DNA of 62,275 bases, the filler included, from Platydemus manokwari (Eukaryota), in NCBI GenBank assembly GCA_037951405.1. It is 5 parts of 5 records of this genome, joined end to end, with 100 filler letters (N's around TTAATTAATTAA, not from the genome) between each part and the next. Parts side by side here need not be neighbours in the genome. Positions count along the whole stretch, not along the records: positions 15,079 to 26,345 come from JBBMOY010805536.1; positions 26,446 to 38,650 come from JBBMOY010254448.1; 3 more parts are not named here. The stretch is one strand, 5' to 3'. Made by a program: the position numbers and the translations under genes. Shown here piece after piece: positions 24,724-38,650 of this stretch. Under the pieces are notes generated by a model, which searched no databases, was not told the DNA's origin, and saw only the letters and a list, made by a program, of their open reading frames with translations. Positions within the stretch are counted from its first letter, which is position 1. Every line of letters begins with the position of its first letter.

Positions 24724-27700
24724 CCTATTTTTCAACAAAAGGTAGTTTATTTATTAGATGGTGACCACTAACCAATATCAAAAGAAATTAATATGTTTAA
24801 ATAATTGTTCTGAAATACATAAATTGGTGTCGGGACTTTTCAGTCTTCTTCGATGCGTGTTTTATAAAATATTAGCGACTTTCATCCCGACCGCGAATAT
24901 GGGTTCGATTATGAGAAAGTCTATGACATAGGAGTGTTGGTTACAGAAACACCCTAAAATAATAATAAAATAATTACTTGAAAATTTTTTAAAGAGTTTT
25001 CTAAATGCTCCAGGCCTTCCTATAAATAGCAACAACAAAATAAATATAAAATAATTAATAAATCCTAAATATAGAAAAGATAAATAACTATATATATATA
25101 TATACATAGAATAAGAAAATAGGAGTTTCTAAAAATATGATATAAAAAATACCGAAATAAATAAAAAAACACAATAGGATAAAAGGATAAATATATTAGT
25201 GTAAAAAGAAATGAATGAATCATAAAGAACGCCCATTATAAGTCGATTCAAAAATCAGCACATAAAATATCAGCTCATAATTCATTATTAAGCACAATTT
25301 TAGATGATTTGAAAAAATAACAACCAGAAAATATTGATTTCATACTCATTGAAACAAAATTGTCAAATCCAAAGCATATTCTGCGAGAATATAATTAAGA
25401 AACCCACACAGCCGCTATTCTTAAATCAAGTGGAATTACTGTATCTAAATATAATCGTCCCACCTGAAACAAAAGAAGCAAACTAGCAAAACAAGACAGA
25501 AGTCGAGATATTTATAACCACAATAAAAGTAAAATTCTACTAATTTTATAGTAAAGAATATATAATGAATTTAATAAAGAATATTATCATCACCAGTGTC
25601 TTGGGCCCCGCCAACCACAATCAAATTAACTTCTAAGTTCATCTAATTAAACCTTGTTCTCTTTGTAGTTACAGGGCTATTATGTCTCAACTATCATCAA
25701 TAAATCTTTGGACCTTGCAGCCGTCCGCACAAGAATCTTATAACATTACAATAAAAATCAATAGAGAGTAATTAAAACTCCTGGATATTTGTAAAAATGG
25801 CTTATTAATTACCGTATTCTACTCGCCATAAATTATTTCATTTTAGAGCATATATATAATCTTATCTTATTTTGTCTATTTATATTTAATCTTATCTACA
25901 TCATTTTAACACACTGCCTTCTGGAGTCAGGCATTAAGAGTTCGTCATTAATTACAATTAAAAACCTTCTAAAGTTTGGAACAAGATAAAATCAAACGAA
26001 GGTATGTAAGATGACTAAAATACAGAAAACCTGTAGAGAAGATTTAGATAGGATGAAAAGAAGATATAGAGAAAATAAAGAAAAAATAGAAATTTTCATT
26101 TAGATAAATATAGAGTTCATTTCAGAGATAATTAGGAGTACATAGATGATCAGACATTTTAAAAAAGGGGGTGTGTGAGGATCTTAAATATATAAATCAG
26201 AGTCGTGATTTTTCAGTTTGTTTTCCATGTATGTTTTATAATATAGTAGCGGATTATGACGGGGTTTCGATATTTATTAGGCTGAGTCAAAAGTTATTCA
26301 TGTTTTTTAGTTGTTTAAAGTTTTTGTTTTACCAAATCATTTAAANNNNNNNNNNNNNNNNNNNNNNNNNNNNNNNNNNNNNNNNNNNNTTAATTAATTA
26401 ANNNNNNNNNNNNNNNNNNNNNNNNNNNNNNNNNNNNNNNNNNNNATTTGTGTTATTATCTAAAAATTTATTCAGATTGTATTTATTATATTCAGATTGT
26501 AATTATTATATAAATATATCTTTAACGAATTCGATTGTTATCAAAGCATAGTTACATCGTAGTTGTTTTCGAAGCATAGTTACACAGCACCTTTGGAGTC
26601 AGGTGTTTAAAAGTATAAGCTCATAAATTGGGAAAACTCAGAGATCAATAATAAAATAATAAACCTTATCAACCCCAACAATTCCTATTTAATTTATCTG
26701 ATCAAAATTGTCTAATTTATTTTATGTACAAGTTTTTATAAATAAACATATATTTTTATATAATTTTCAAAGATTATACAACTCACAAATATTAATTAAT
26801 TTTTACAAGTGATCAATAAATCATAATCAAAAGAGTTGTAATCAATAAAATGTCAAGAATATCCACAAAAATGTAAAATCAACTAATTGCTCACAAATGT
26901 TCCATTTTGACGAATGCTGATGGTCATTGGGATGAAAGCAGTATTAGGAATTTTCACTGGCTCCTAAGCGTCTAAATCTACGTTCCAGGTCTTCTTTCCT
27001 CATGTTTTCTATTGTCAGTTAGTTTCTATTTTGGTGTCATTGACCTTTTAAATTCTATTTGGAATGAGTTTGTTGTTTGGGTTGTGACGTTTTTACCTCT
27101 GCTATTGTCTGCAAAGGTTTCAACTTATATATCTTGCTCTTCAATACACAACATGATTGTGGTGGGAGTCTTCTCTTCTTCGCTCTCTTCACTATCTGAG
27201 TAGAGCACTATCCGGTCTGTGGTTTCCCAACAGAATGATAGCTCAAGAGGAATAACTCAAATTAATTGTCATAAGACTGAGCCAATTGTCTTCAGAAATA
27301 TGTTTAATCATGAGCTGTAAGCATAATTAACACTAGGATTATTCTAAACAATTCGAAGAAATAATAATTGTAAATTGATAATTTCAGCACTTAATAGATT
27401 CTGCAAAAACTATATTCACAGCCGATAGAGTTCGAATGAACTGAAATAACTTGATTTAAATGATATTTTAGTAAACTGAGTAAAAATAATAAAAGTGTTT
27501 TGAATAGAATTAGAACTTACCCCCAAAGGATTGGTAAACAGAGACTAATAGCTAATTAGATTCTTTCTATATATTAACCCATATTTAGAGTTCAATAATC
27601 ATCTGATGCATACCAACAAATGGCAATAAACACCAATATTAGCAAAAGGTACGGAAAATGTAAGAAAAAATTGTTAACAATCTGACATGTGTCCTACTTT

Positions 27701-28074
27701 ATTGAATAAAAAGAGATGCTGTGAAACATCAATTAAACACACACGATAAGCCTATTAAAGGAGTTGGATTTCAACTGGCAATCTTTTTGGTTGGTAACTT
27801 TCATTGTACGTGACTTTTAAGTGATTTTTCTGATATCCAGTCTTCGTAGTTGTCTTCTGTTTATCCGGTGCTGATTTCAACTTGAGTGATAACTATTATT
27901 GATTTATTGTGGTTTCTAATTGTATTTAGTGTCTAGTTGAATTTGATTCAAATTAAAATTTTCAGCATTCAGTGTCAGTCTATCTAATAAAAGAATTAAT
28001 ATCGATATGGAATTTGCTTATTTCCTTTCTTGGAAATAACAACAAAGTTAATTAAGAGGCGAAAACTAATTTAA

Positions 28075-28350
28075 ACCTCAAATGCATATTCAAAATGCCT
28101 TCGACAACAATATTTGGGATTATAATGAAGGACACAAGCACACAGGTGGCCTTTACGACAAGAATTTTCAAATAATTTCATAAGAAAACAAGAAGAGATA
28201 ACTGGAATTCATTAATGTAATGAACAAAGCTTATGATTGACCTGTGCACAGACACAAGTGTTCTATGGTCGCACATAAATGCAGAACTTAGCGATGTGAT
28301 CATACTCGGAATCAAAATTCATAACATAAAAATTGCTTTCCAGAAAACAA
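28075..28350 (+). mobile_element. Possible decayed LINE reverse-transcriptase fragment
   Basis: Short NAFD..IW.IMK-like and LMIDL.TD-like pieces in shifting frames; weak. Confidence 0.3.
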
Positions 28351-31300
28351 GGATACGTTATAAATTAAATATCATGTTGTTAGAGGTTTTAATTATTTAT
28401 GATTTTTTATATATGAATCAAATAATAAAAACACTGAAAATATTATTTTTGTTATTTATTAACGTGACTACATTTTAAAGCGTTGACCGATCAGGTGTCT
28501 TTGGATTAGATTACTTGGAAAGATTAATTAAAAAATATTTTAATTTTTTAAAAATATAGAGCTCATGCGAATATAACTTCAACCATTTTTTTAAATCGCA
28601 TGAAAAGTTGTAAAAAAACTCGGACAATCGAAAGATATTTAACAAAAATTTTAGCTGTTGCGTATAAATCTAATTTTTATAATAATATCCTATCATTTAA
28701 ATAACACATATTACAGATACCATTATTAATAGCTCATAATCTGGGACCATATAAGGATTCTAATTTATTCTTCTGAGCCGGATAACGTATATATATAACA
28801 TACATATGAAGCATACATATATTAATATATAACAATAGATAATTCATCATTGGTATATACATCATATCTAATTTTATTTGGATCCATTTTTATTTTCAAC
28901 TGTGTCTGGGGGGGTACTTGAGGGGTGTGTTGTTTTGTGATGTGATATGGAATAGCCATTTTATTATATTTTGATCTTAGATGATTTTTCACAATTCTTT
29001 TATCAATATCAAATCCATTTACCGTTTTTTATTAAAAAATATATGGCATTTCAACAATGAAAATACTTAAAATAAAAAAGCTTAAAAAACCTTTTTGTGG
29101 TGCGATTTGAAATAGTCATTTTAGATCTACTCATATTTAAAAAGTAATCTTTAATTTGCAATATACTCTCTTGAAAGATCAGACTTTCACCAGTGTTTCG
29201 ATATTTATTTCATATATTATTTGAATCCTTTTCAATACCGTAACACATGGATATACTTGACATTCTCAATAACGATTTCTCCTTAGTATTAGCTTCGGTT
29301 ATAAAATTTTTTGATTTCTATGACCAATAATTTGTCGAGATGTTAATTAATGATCTTTGCCATTTGATACTAATGTGTTCGATGGTCTTTTAAACCATTT
29401 AATCATTCATATAAACACGCTCACCCACATGCATTCACACACACATACACACGGAGAGTAGTTAATCAATAATATCGTCGAAAGTCAGACATGTTCGATA
29501 ATTTACGTATAAATTTAATCGATACTCTTCGTCGATGAGATTTTGAATTATTGTGTTTATTTGAATGACTCTGTTCAAAAAACGATTATCATAATTCACA
29601 CGAATTGTCATCATTTTTCATTTGCTCATTATGCTTATCAGAAACGACCGATTGGCATGTTGTGCGATTCGTTGTGTTGCAATTTTTGACATTGTTTATG
29701 ATATACAATATACATATTTGCTAAATTAATTAAGGAATTGATTCTTTAGTTACTATGGCAACCGATAAAATTTGTAATACTTGCCACTATTCACGTAAAG
29801 AATTAAATAACACAAAGAATCATTTGCTATTCATATCAGGAATGAAATCTTCATTACTTGCTATCATTATTGTTATTATTAAATTATATATACACATATA
29901 ATTACTATTAATATTATTATAATCGTCATTATTAATTCTCAAATTATCAAGTCAAAAGATTGATTAATTCGTTCTTGCTATATTTTAACAACCAATAAAG
30001 AGTACAAATAAAATATCAAGTCACAAACCGGTCAACTTATTATGAAAATTGATGATTGTTACGAAAATATTATCTTCAGAACTGGTGCGGGACACAATTT
30101 TAGGTCATGATTATCAATGATAAAATGATGATAATAAAATCTTTCTAGTGTTACATAATCTATGTTTGGACGTTAATGTGTCCAATTAGGTTTATTGACC
30201 AGAAAAACTAATTTCATGTTTCGATACATTATCTATTGATATTACTTGTTCATTTGTGTACCTCGCCGGTTAACTCAATCAAATGATTTAAATGACTATT
30301 TTTTTTAATAAAATAGTAGTCTAAAATTCAATAGTTTTCCGAATACATGCCCCTTAAAAAATATTTGACAAGATTAAGAAAAAATAAAAATAAAAATAAC
30401 ATGTAATTCTCAATCACCAAAACAACAATTTCGCTAAATTTTTCTATTCAAAACCTAATAAAAACCTTTTTACAAATATAATATTACAAAGAATTAAAAT
30501 GTGTCATGATCTTATTAATGGATTGAAGTACCAGACTGTGTATGATGTTTAATTGCAGCTTTTGGCTTTCTCATTAACGAACATTTTGTCCTGAACTAGA
30601 AAAAGATGAAGAGCCGTTTCAAAGAAAACCCAGTCTTGAATAAACTATTGCTATAACAACCAGTAAACTTGAGGAATTTTTACTATTATTGATGCAGGAA
30701 TCGAATTTATCAAATCTACAAGTAACAAGTAAGAAATAAGAGTATACATCGATTAATAATAACCTTTTATATGAAAATGACTTTGGATTTGTAAATTTTT
30801 TTTTCCGAAATCGTTTCTGTCTGAGATTTAACGTGACTGCGGGGTTCTCCATGCCCGATGTAGTATAATATTATTAATGATGTATTTAAGGGTTAAACTG
30901 AGAAAATATTTATAATAAATTAAGGTATACAAATGATTATAGAAAAATGAAGCTATATTGTCACGAAATCATGATCAAGGAAGAATCAATACGAAAATAA
31001 TAATGCTGATGATCGTTATTATAATCCAAATTATATTATTGTTTGCTAGTATATGCATAATATGTAATAAAATCCATAATATATAAATTAATATTGTGAT
31101 GAAAAACTATAAAGTAAAAATTCAATTATTCGTGATTATTAATTTTGTAGGAATTCTCGTTGCCATGGCAATTTAATCAGAAATCTGAGGCTTTTAATTT
31201 TAAATACAAATCACCATGACAACGCTGTAAATAATAGTAATTAAATTACATAAATTTACAAATCACTAAAACTGAGTCATACAAGTAGTATAAAAACCGA

Positions 31301-34300
31301 GTAGTAAAAAATCACATAATTTCACACATTATTTTTCGGACAAATTTACATCCACTTTGAATATGAACAACGTTTTTGGTTTTTCATAATCGGAATTATT
31401 ATAAGAATATATGCTGCTCAATTTTCGCATAGCAACTTGCAGATTATTTTTAATCAGTCAGCATTTACAGATCAATCCAAAATTAACAATTATTTTGTTT
31501 ATTTTTAAAACCAATTTATCATCATGTTAAATTTATTTTTGAACAATCATTATATCGACCTCCAAAAAGAAGATTCGTTAAAATTTTCTAACCAACTACT
31601 CTTAAAAGACGAAAGGAGCCAAAATTATCTGCCATTGTTTTTATATCGAAGTAGAGCGGCACTTAGTTAACTCCGTTGAGGGTTCATAATCAACAGGTCA
31701 ATACAGTTGCACTTTTAACTCTATTAGCATCATATATTTCATGATACTTAAAATTTTGTCTTAAAGGCTATTTGTTGTTATTTTTCATTACCTCGACAAC
31801 CTATTAATCTTGTTAGTTACCAGATCCTTACTGGAATCATCAATTGCCATACTTCTAATTTGCTGGGATAGAGGAGCAAATCATCTATAATAAATTATTG
31901 ATTTGAGCTAAATCATTACCAAAGGAAATCATTCATAAATTCCATCATAATTATTATTGATATTGTTATCATTATTATTATTATTTTTATTATTGTTATT
32001 ATTATTGTTATTATTATTATTTAATATTATTACAACCAATTTAAATCTTTCGTTGTTTCTAAAAGAAAAATTAGTAGAGAAATATCATTGTAATCTAACT
32101 TTCTTTTATTCTGACCCATCCATGTAGGATTTATTTTTCTCTAATGTTTCAATTATTCATCCAAATTTTTCGCTAAATAAAATCTAATTAAAAATTCCAT
32201 CAACGCGCCAATGTGAAAAATCAACAAGAAATTAAATAATCAAAATGGAAATCGATCAATAAAACAATATTCAGATAATCATTCTCCTGTAAAATATTAA
32301 AGAAAATAGATAGCAATATTGTTGATCTTACTTTTTAAAAAATATTTAAAAATAATCAAACCATTTGCCGAGGAAACTGTCAACAGATCAATGTGCTGTT
32401 TTCTTCCTTTGAACATAATTGATAAGAGAATTGCTCAAGTGCCTCATCGGCCTTGTTACGTGATTAGATGAATAAATTCGAAATGAAATCACTAAAATTT
32501 TAGTTAACGTTATAATGGGTCTAAAAAATAATCAAAAAAATAAATTGTATATATAGTACATCTAATTCTATTCTTAAACAAGATAATGTTGTTACTTAAT
32601 ATCGTTATGTTCGAGATTAGGAATCGAAACTTGATCTATCCATTAGGCTGATGATTTTGGGAATCATTCTATAGTTGTGATTATTTCGATAATAATAATT
32701 CAATTGATTTCATAGGCTTTATATCGATATATCGATTAATAGCATTTTAGGTGTCAGTGTTGTTGAAATAATAAGGATTCCGGCACAAAATAATTCGATC
32801 ATTTTCATTGTTCTGATTTACATCGACAAATGCAAAGCTGAATCCAACTGTCAGTTCGATTTCGATTAATAGAATTAAGATCTAATAATAGTATATGTAG
32901 CATCATATGAGTAACATCATTTCTATCAAGCATTTCAATGAAATTGTCAGATTGAAAAAAACTTAATCACACGAATCAATAAAGAACGAATCTGGAAAAA
33001 ATGTCCTTTTATTTTCTCAAAAATAGCTCAATGAAATTATTCTTTTTGTCAGATTATCGCAGTTATTCGTGATAATGCTCTCGTCTAATATTGTTAACAA
33101 ATCTCATTCTCACTGAAACATCAATACGAGAATAATAAATTAATCCCAGCATTAGTAGAAATCAATAAAAGAATGAGCTAAAACAAGATCTAGAAATGAC
33201 TCATAGAAATAATAAATACCTAAAACAGAAAAAAATAAATATCAATGAAAATCGAAAAATAAAATAAAAAGTATGAAAAATATATCACAATTATTAATAT
33301 CGAGGAAAAATATATTCCATCAAATCCAAGAAAGAACAAAACAATGAAAGCAATGAAATTAACTGCGAATTACTCTTCGTTTGTGATATGGATTCATCTC
33401 TCTACTTAATCGATAAATATTTTGTCAATGAATTATTTTCATATTATTCCGATTTTCGTTGTTTACGCACCAGCACCAATATACTCGATTAAAAGAGGTC
33501 TTAAAGGACAAATTCGCGGTCATTGGGAAATTTACTGATTTCCGCAATTAATAATTCAAATCACCTAGATATAGGTTGGGCAATATTCGACGATTGTTTG
33601 TCGGAGTTGTGATAAATATTTCATTCAATCACAACGATAAAACTTATCCCCCAAAAACCTGACTGTAAATAAATAAACTCCAATGAAGAATATAAAGAAA
33701 AAATGGCATCTTAATCGATGTCATTGCACAAGTACTAATCATTAATAATTCATCAATACCGAGAGGCAATGTGTTATTGTTATTGTGATCATTGTATGAT
33801 TGGTCCACCGGAGATGTCTACCATATCAGATTTCTCAAACGTTGATATAAACATAATCTGTTAAACATCATCATCATTGTTCTAAGAGATTTTCAATCCA
33901 ATTTTCGTCATTAAATCAGCTCAGATATTGCAAGTACCATATTCAATTAGCGATCGTGTCAAAATGTAAGATTTTATTTATTGATTCGATTGATCTAAGA
34001 TAGATTTAAAAAAAATTCGAATATCATTTCTTGATTTTATTGTTTCAAATGAATAGATAAAATTAGCATAAATAACCAAGTTGACATATAATAAACTTTA
34101 ATTTTCATATTTCAAAAGTAAACAAAATAATTATGATCGATTTGTGAAGGATAAATGCCAAGAAACTATCTTAATAATAAAGTATATACCGAAGAAATAT
34201 TGATGATATTTTATTTGGCATTTTATTATTCATTCACCCATACATGGTTTTACAAAATAGAAAAAGGGGAATAGGCACGATATTTATGAGCAACAAAAAT

Positions 34301-36913
34301 AAAACTATTCATCATCTGGGATTTGAATTTTTTTAATGATATGTAGTTTTAGTCTAACCTGATAATCTAATTTGTATCTGTATCTCATCTATGAGCCTAT
34401 GTTTTAATTTTTTAGAAATGTTGAGTTTTTATCTGTACAGATGATCAAACTTTTATCAATTAACTAACAAAAAATTCATTTAAATAAGTAATCATAATAA
34501 GATAAGCGTATATGTGCATAAAATAATGTAAATATAAAATAATAAAATGAAAAAATAGAAAAAATAAAAAAAATTGAGCAAATATTCAAAATAAATAGGA
34601 AATAAATAAATGTTTTTTGTATATATCTCAATGAAGAAAGTAAAATTATTTTAACAAAAAACGAGGCTCAACAAAGATATCAGTGCTCACTGTAACAAAG
34701 AGCTTTATTTAGATAAATATTCAGCATTAATATAAAACATACTATTTTGATTACAAAGCCAATAACATTCAAGCAAAGAAAGAAAACCCAAAAAACCAGG
34801 GCTGATAAAGCATGAAAATAACTATATGTAGTCAAGAAAAATCAATACAATTAAATGAAATTTTCTTGCAAACATAATTGAACAAAATCAGTAACAATAT
34901 TCAAATTGATCTTCAAATACTTGTGAAGAGAATAGAGCCAAATAACCGATAAAATTAAATTTAGAATTCTTGTATGTATCTTTTGGTGCAATTATGACTA
35001 ATTAATTGTTTTCTAATTCGATCATAATGTAAAGAAGTAAATTTGACATTGATAAAATTTCTCTTAAACCATTTTGCGAATCTCTGTTAACTTCAAATTT
35101 AGAACCAATTAAAAAATCATCTCCTAAGTGTTAAAGATTGCCGGGTTGTCGATATAGTAATTATAAATTCAAATTACAAATGTACAATTTGTAATTCGAT
35201 GCAGCAATACACAAAATTTAAATAGAATTAATAATAATTGCCCTAGATCTTCAACTTATCTGGACTCCAAACAAATAAGAGGTTGTTGTCGCTTTATCAC
35301 TCGAACGATGTAGTGAAGAAATTACAATTCGAAATTACAATTTACGGGAAATATCTGCGGCAATCAATAAGCGATTATGCTAGATATTAATAACCTTCCT
35401 CACAATGATCCTATAACTATTTACAAACTCTATTTATAAAATCCTCTATCTCGTGGATGGTCGGGCTTTTATTCCTCATTATTAATTATTTATTCTTTGG
35501 AATTTATTTTATTCCCCCGTTGATTTATTGTTTGTTTCAAAAGAATATTATTTGTTGAAACGTTTATTCGAACAAAATATTTATTGTTTCGAAATATCGT
35601 TATTTATCATCAAAGTTCATTTGTCAAAATCGATATTAATTTATTCTAAAAGATATTTATTAAAAGTGTATGCTTTCTCAAATATTTAGTAAAATTTTTA
35701 TTTCTTATTTGCCAAAAATATTAATAGTTATTGTTATGCTATCTCTTAAGAGAATTCCATCTAATATAATTTCTTAACTATTTGTTGAATGAGATGAAAT
35801 TCCGCAAAAAGAAAAACAAATTAGCATCTTGGAACCCTTGTTTAAGTACTTTAAACATTTGCATGCCTATACAACCATTACAGGTATGGCAGCGAGACAA
35901 TCACAGTGGAGTTAGGTGGCAAATGGCAATTGGAATAAGGTACATAGCCTCACAACAACACACACATATGAATTGACCAATCACACTCATGCATACACTT
36001 AAATACTCGATAGAAACCTGGAAAAGCGAAGATCAAATCAAAATATGATACAACATGATTCAAAAATTACACACAAATTTCGAATATAAAAATCGATGTA
36101 AAGATATTCAACTGCCATTTAGAAGCAAGTTTTTGGTTGATATTTTGTGAAGTGTAATTACGTGTAAGCGTACTGAATTATACACAAGCGAAATACAATA
36201 TTAGCCTTCTATTTTTGGAATCGGAGCTTAATTAATTGTTGAGGATTCAGCATATTCATAAAAGGTCTCCATTAAAAAAATATATTCTCAGTTATTATTC
36301 TACGATTGTAAATTGTTATACTTTATTAAATTATTATTTTAAATCGTTTTTTCAAATGAAAAGAATAAAAAATAAATTAATAATAGTTCAAGCCACAGCT
36401 ATAAAAATTGTTACATTACAAATTTTTCTGAAAATTTAGCTTTGCAGTTTATATAGTTTACCTAAGTTAAGTGTAAATGTATCTGTTATTTATGAAAAAC
36501 ACTGCACAATAAATTATATATCAAAAACATAATAAAGAAAACTTTATTTTTTCTGTGTCGACCAGATGGAAAACATTATTCTAAAAATCGATTTTAATAT
36601 TTTGAAAAATTCGATATTGAAACTAAATATAAATTTTTCTGTCATAAAAAGGTCATTTAATTATATTTTTAAATACAAATCATTTTAAATTCATAATGAT
36701 AAATATATATTTTTTCGATTTCCAATAACAAGTCAAATAAATTCAAAATCACTTTGTTTAAATATACCAGAACACATTAATTCGTATAACCTTGACAACA
36801 GCGAGCAAATAATAATTTAAAAGTACATATTTGCATAATTGCAACTTTTAAATAATTTTGAAGCTCATTTTACTCAAATCGAATTTATTTTCTAAAATAA
36901 CAAAAAATTAAAA

Positions 36914-37255
36914 ATGGCAAGAAGTCCGAAACGGAATGATTATTTTCCGCCAATCACATCTACTTATGAAGACAGTTATGGGTCCCCTAGAAACAATTCC
37001 GGTCAACTGATTCATTACCATAAAATCAGTAACGGAAGCAATGATAAAATTGGCGAATTCCAATTCCGACTTGATTTACAAGAAAGAACCACCCAACAAT
37101 TGGTCGACAGAGCCATTCAAATCAAACAAGACCTTTTGGAGAATCTAAATTTCACTCAGGGAACTCTGCTTCAAGAGAAAGAAGCCCGGGAATTATTGCA
37201 GGAACATATCAGAACGATCACATCGGTCATCAGACAAATGAACAAGGATATAAAG
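36914..37255 (+). CDS. FAM81: First coding exon of a FAM81-family coiled-coil protein
   Basis: AAAATGG start context, 114 codons, donor AAG|GTGGGT at 37256. RLDLQERTTQQLVDRAIQIKQDLLENLNFTQG...ARELLQEHIRTITSVIRQMNKDI matches my recollection of the conserved FAM81A/B N-terminal block (QERTT..L..A..IK.D; LL..HI.TIT.IV..L..DI). Downstream exons not identified. Confidence 0.8.
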
Positions 37256-38578
37256 GTGGGTTTCGATTGAATTAAGTAGATTTATATTGAAATCTTGAAG
37301 ACATTTGTAGACAAGACATTCAATACATTTATGTAAGTCAATTGATGAAATTATCCGGCTTTATTATTTTGTAGTTAGCTGATTTTATCTGTTTTGTTTT
37401 ATCGAATCATATCATCTGACCCGACAATTATTTATTGATTTTTTCTCCATCTCTATGTTGTCAAATTATTGCCTCTTAAAAGTATTGAGAGGATTTATTT
37501 TCATTGCTTCATGTATGCACCGATTGAGGTTTTATTTTGAACCACATAGATCATGAATTCTTTCCGAGGAAATCCCCTTTGAGAATATCTTTTCGCCTCG
37601 AAAAGTTCCTTGGTCATTGGAAACCTCTTGATGAATTGACATCACATCCAATCAAACTATTAAATACTCGTTAAAGAGATTAACATTCCCTAAGAGATTG
37701 TCAAGATCGAGTGCCGTTGTAAATAAGAATTCCGATAACAAATGTATTCTTCTATCATAATTCCTTCCCAACTAATAACTCGAATAAACAATCTACGAGA
37801 TAATTGGCGATGATATTGGATAAATAATATGATAATTGTTGCAAAACATTGACAACATCAAAACGGAAAGGTTTTATTTGTAAGAATTTTAAAGGTTTGA
37901 TCATATATAGTACCAGCCATACTTGGACTCGCGTTGCTATGGCTCAACTTGGTTAAATTAAGTAGTTTTGTAATTCTTCTTTTTCATTTATAGATGAAGC
38001 AAATATTTAAATTCAAACCCAAATTAATTAAGAAAACACTAAATAAGTTAATCATAATCATATGGATGTGTAACTCGTGGCAGTTATAAATAAGCTTAGA
38101 TTCGAATGGAATGTTGTGTCAAAATTTCAAAGCTTTCGGCGAAAAATCATCGTGGTTTTTTGATTTTAAACGAACGAATATTTACATATTTATTTTCAGA
38201 TTTATTTTTTAGTAAAATTTATATAAAATTTCCAGAATCTTAATATTTATATAATTAAAACATGTATTTTTTCTTTATTTTTTTAAAATTAATGAGAGCT
38301 TTTTATTCAAATACAGGAATGTATTGCATAACACATATAAGCCCTCACCATTTTTATAAAGCACGCACTGAAAACAGACTGAAATTCACGATACCAAATT
38401 ATATACTTGAACATAATATATAAACAAATAATATAATTTTATATAAGAATTGAATCTTTAATAATTTAATTAATTTAAAATTCTCACATTCCCCCTTTTT
38501 AAAATCTTGGATTTTATTTTTATTCTTAATTGTCCCTGTATTGAATATTCTGTATATTTATCTATTACATTTACATTT

Positions 38579-38650
38579 ACATATTCCCCATCTGCTTCAA
38601 TAACTTGCTGCCAACGTGAAACCAAGTTTTGGATACCATTTTTATAGAAA
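38579..38650 (-). mobile_element. Mariner transposase C-terminal fragment at a contig edge
   Basis: Minus strand reads FYKNGIQNLVSRWQQVIEADGEY, the classic mariner FY..GI..L..RW......G.Y ending; cut by the N gap. Confidence 0.8.

Larger units (their letters stand above)
24266..24756 (+). mobile_element. Dispersed hammerhead-bearing repeat, copy A (retrozyme-like, non-coding)
   Basis: Colinear similarity with 59568-59970 along its whole length (e.g. ATCAGATTGAGCTAC, TTTAAAATCCCGTC, CTTGATGAATTGGTCTC, TATTTTCTAGATTTC, AAAAGGTrGTTTATTTATT). Contains a 5' hairpin and two type III hammerhead folds. Confidence 0.85.
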
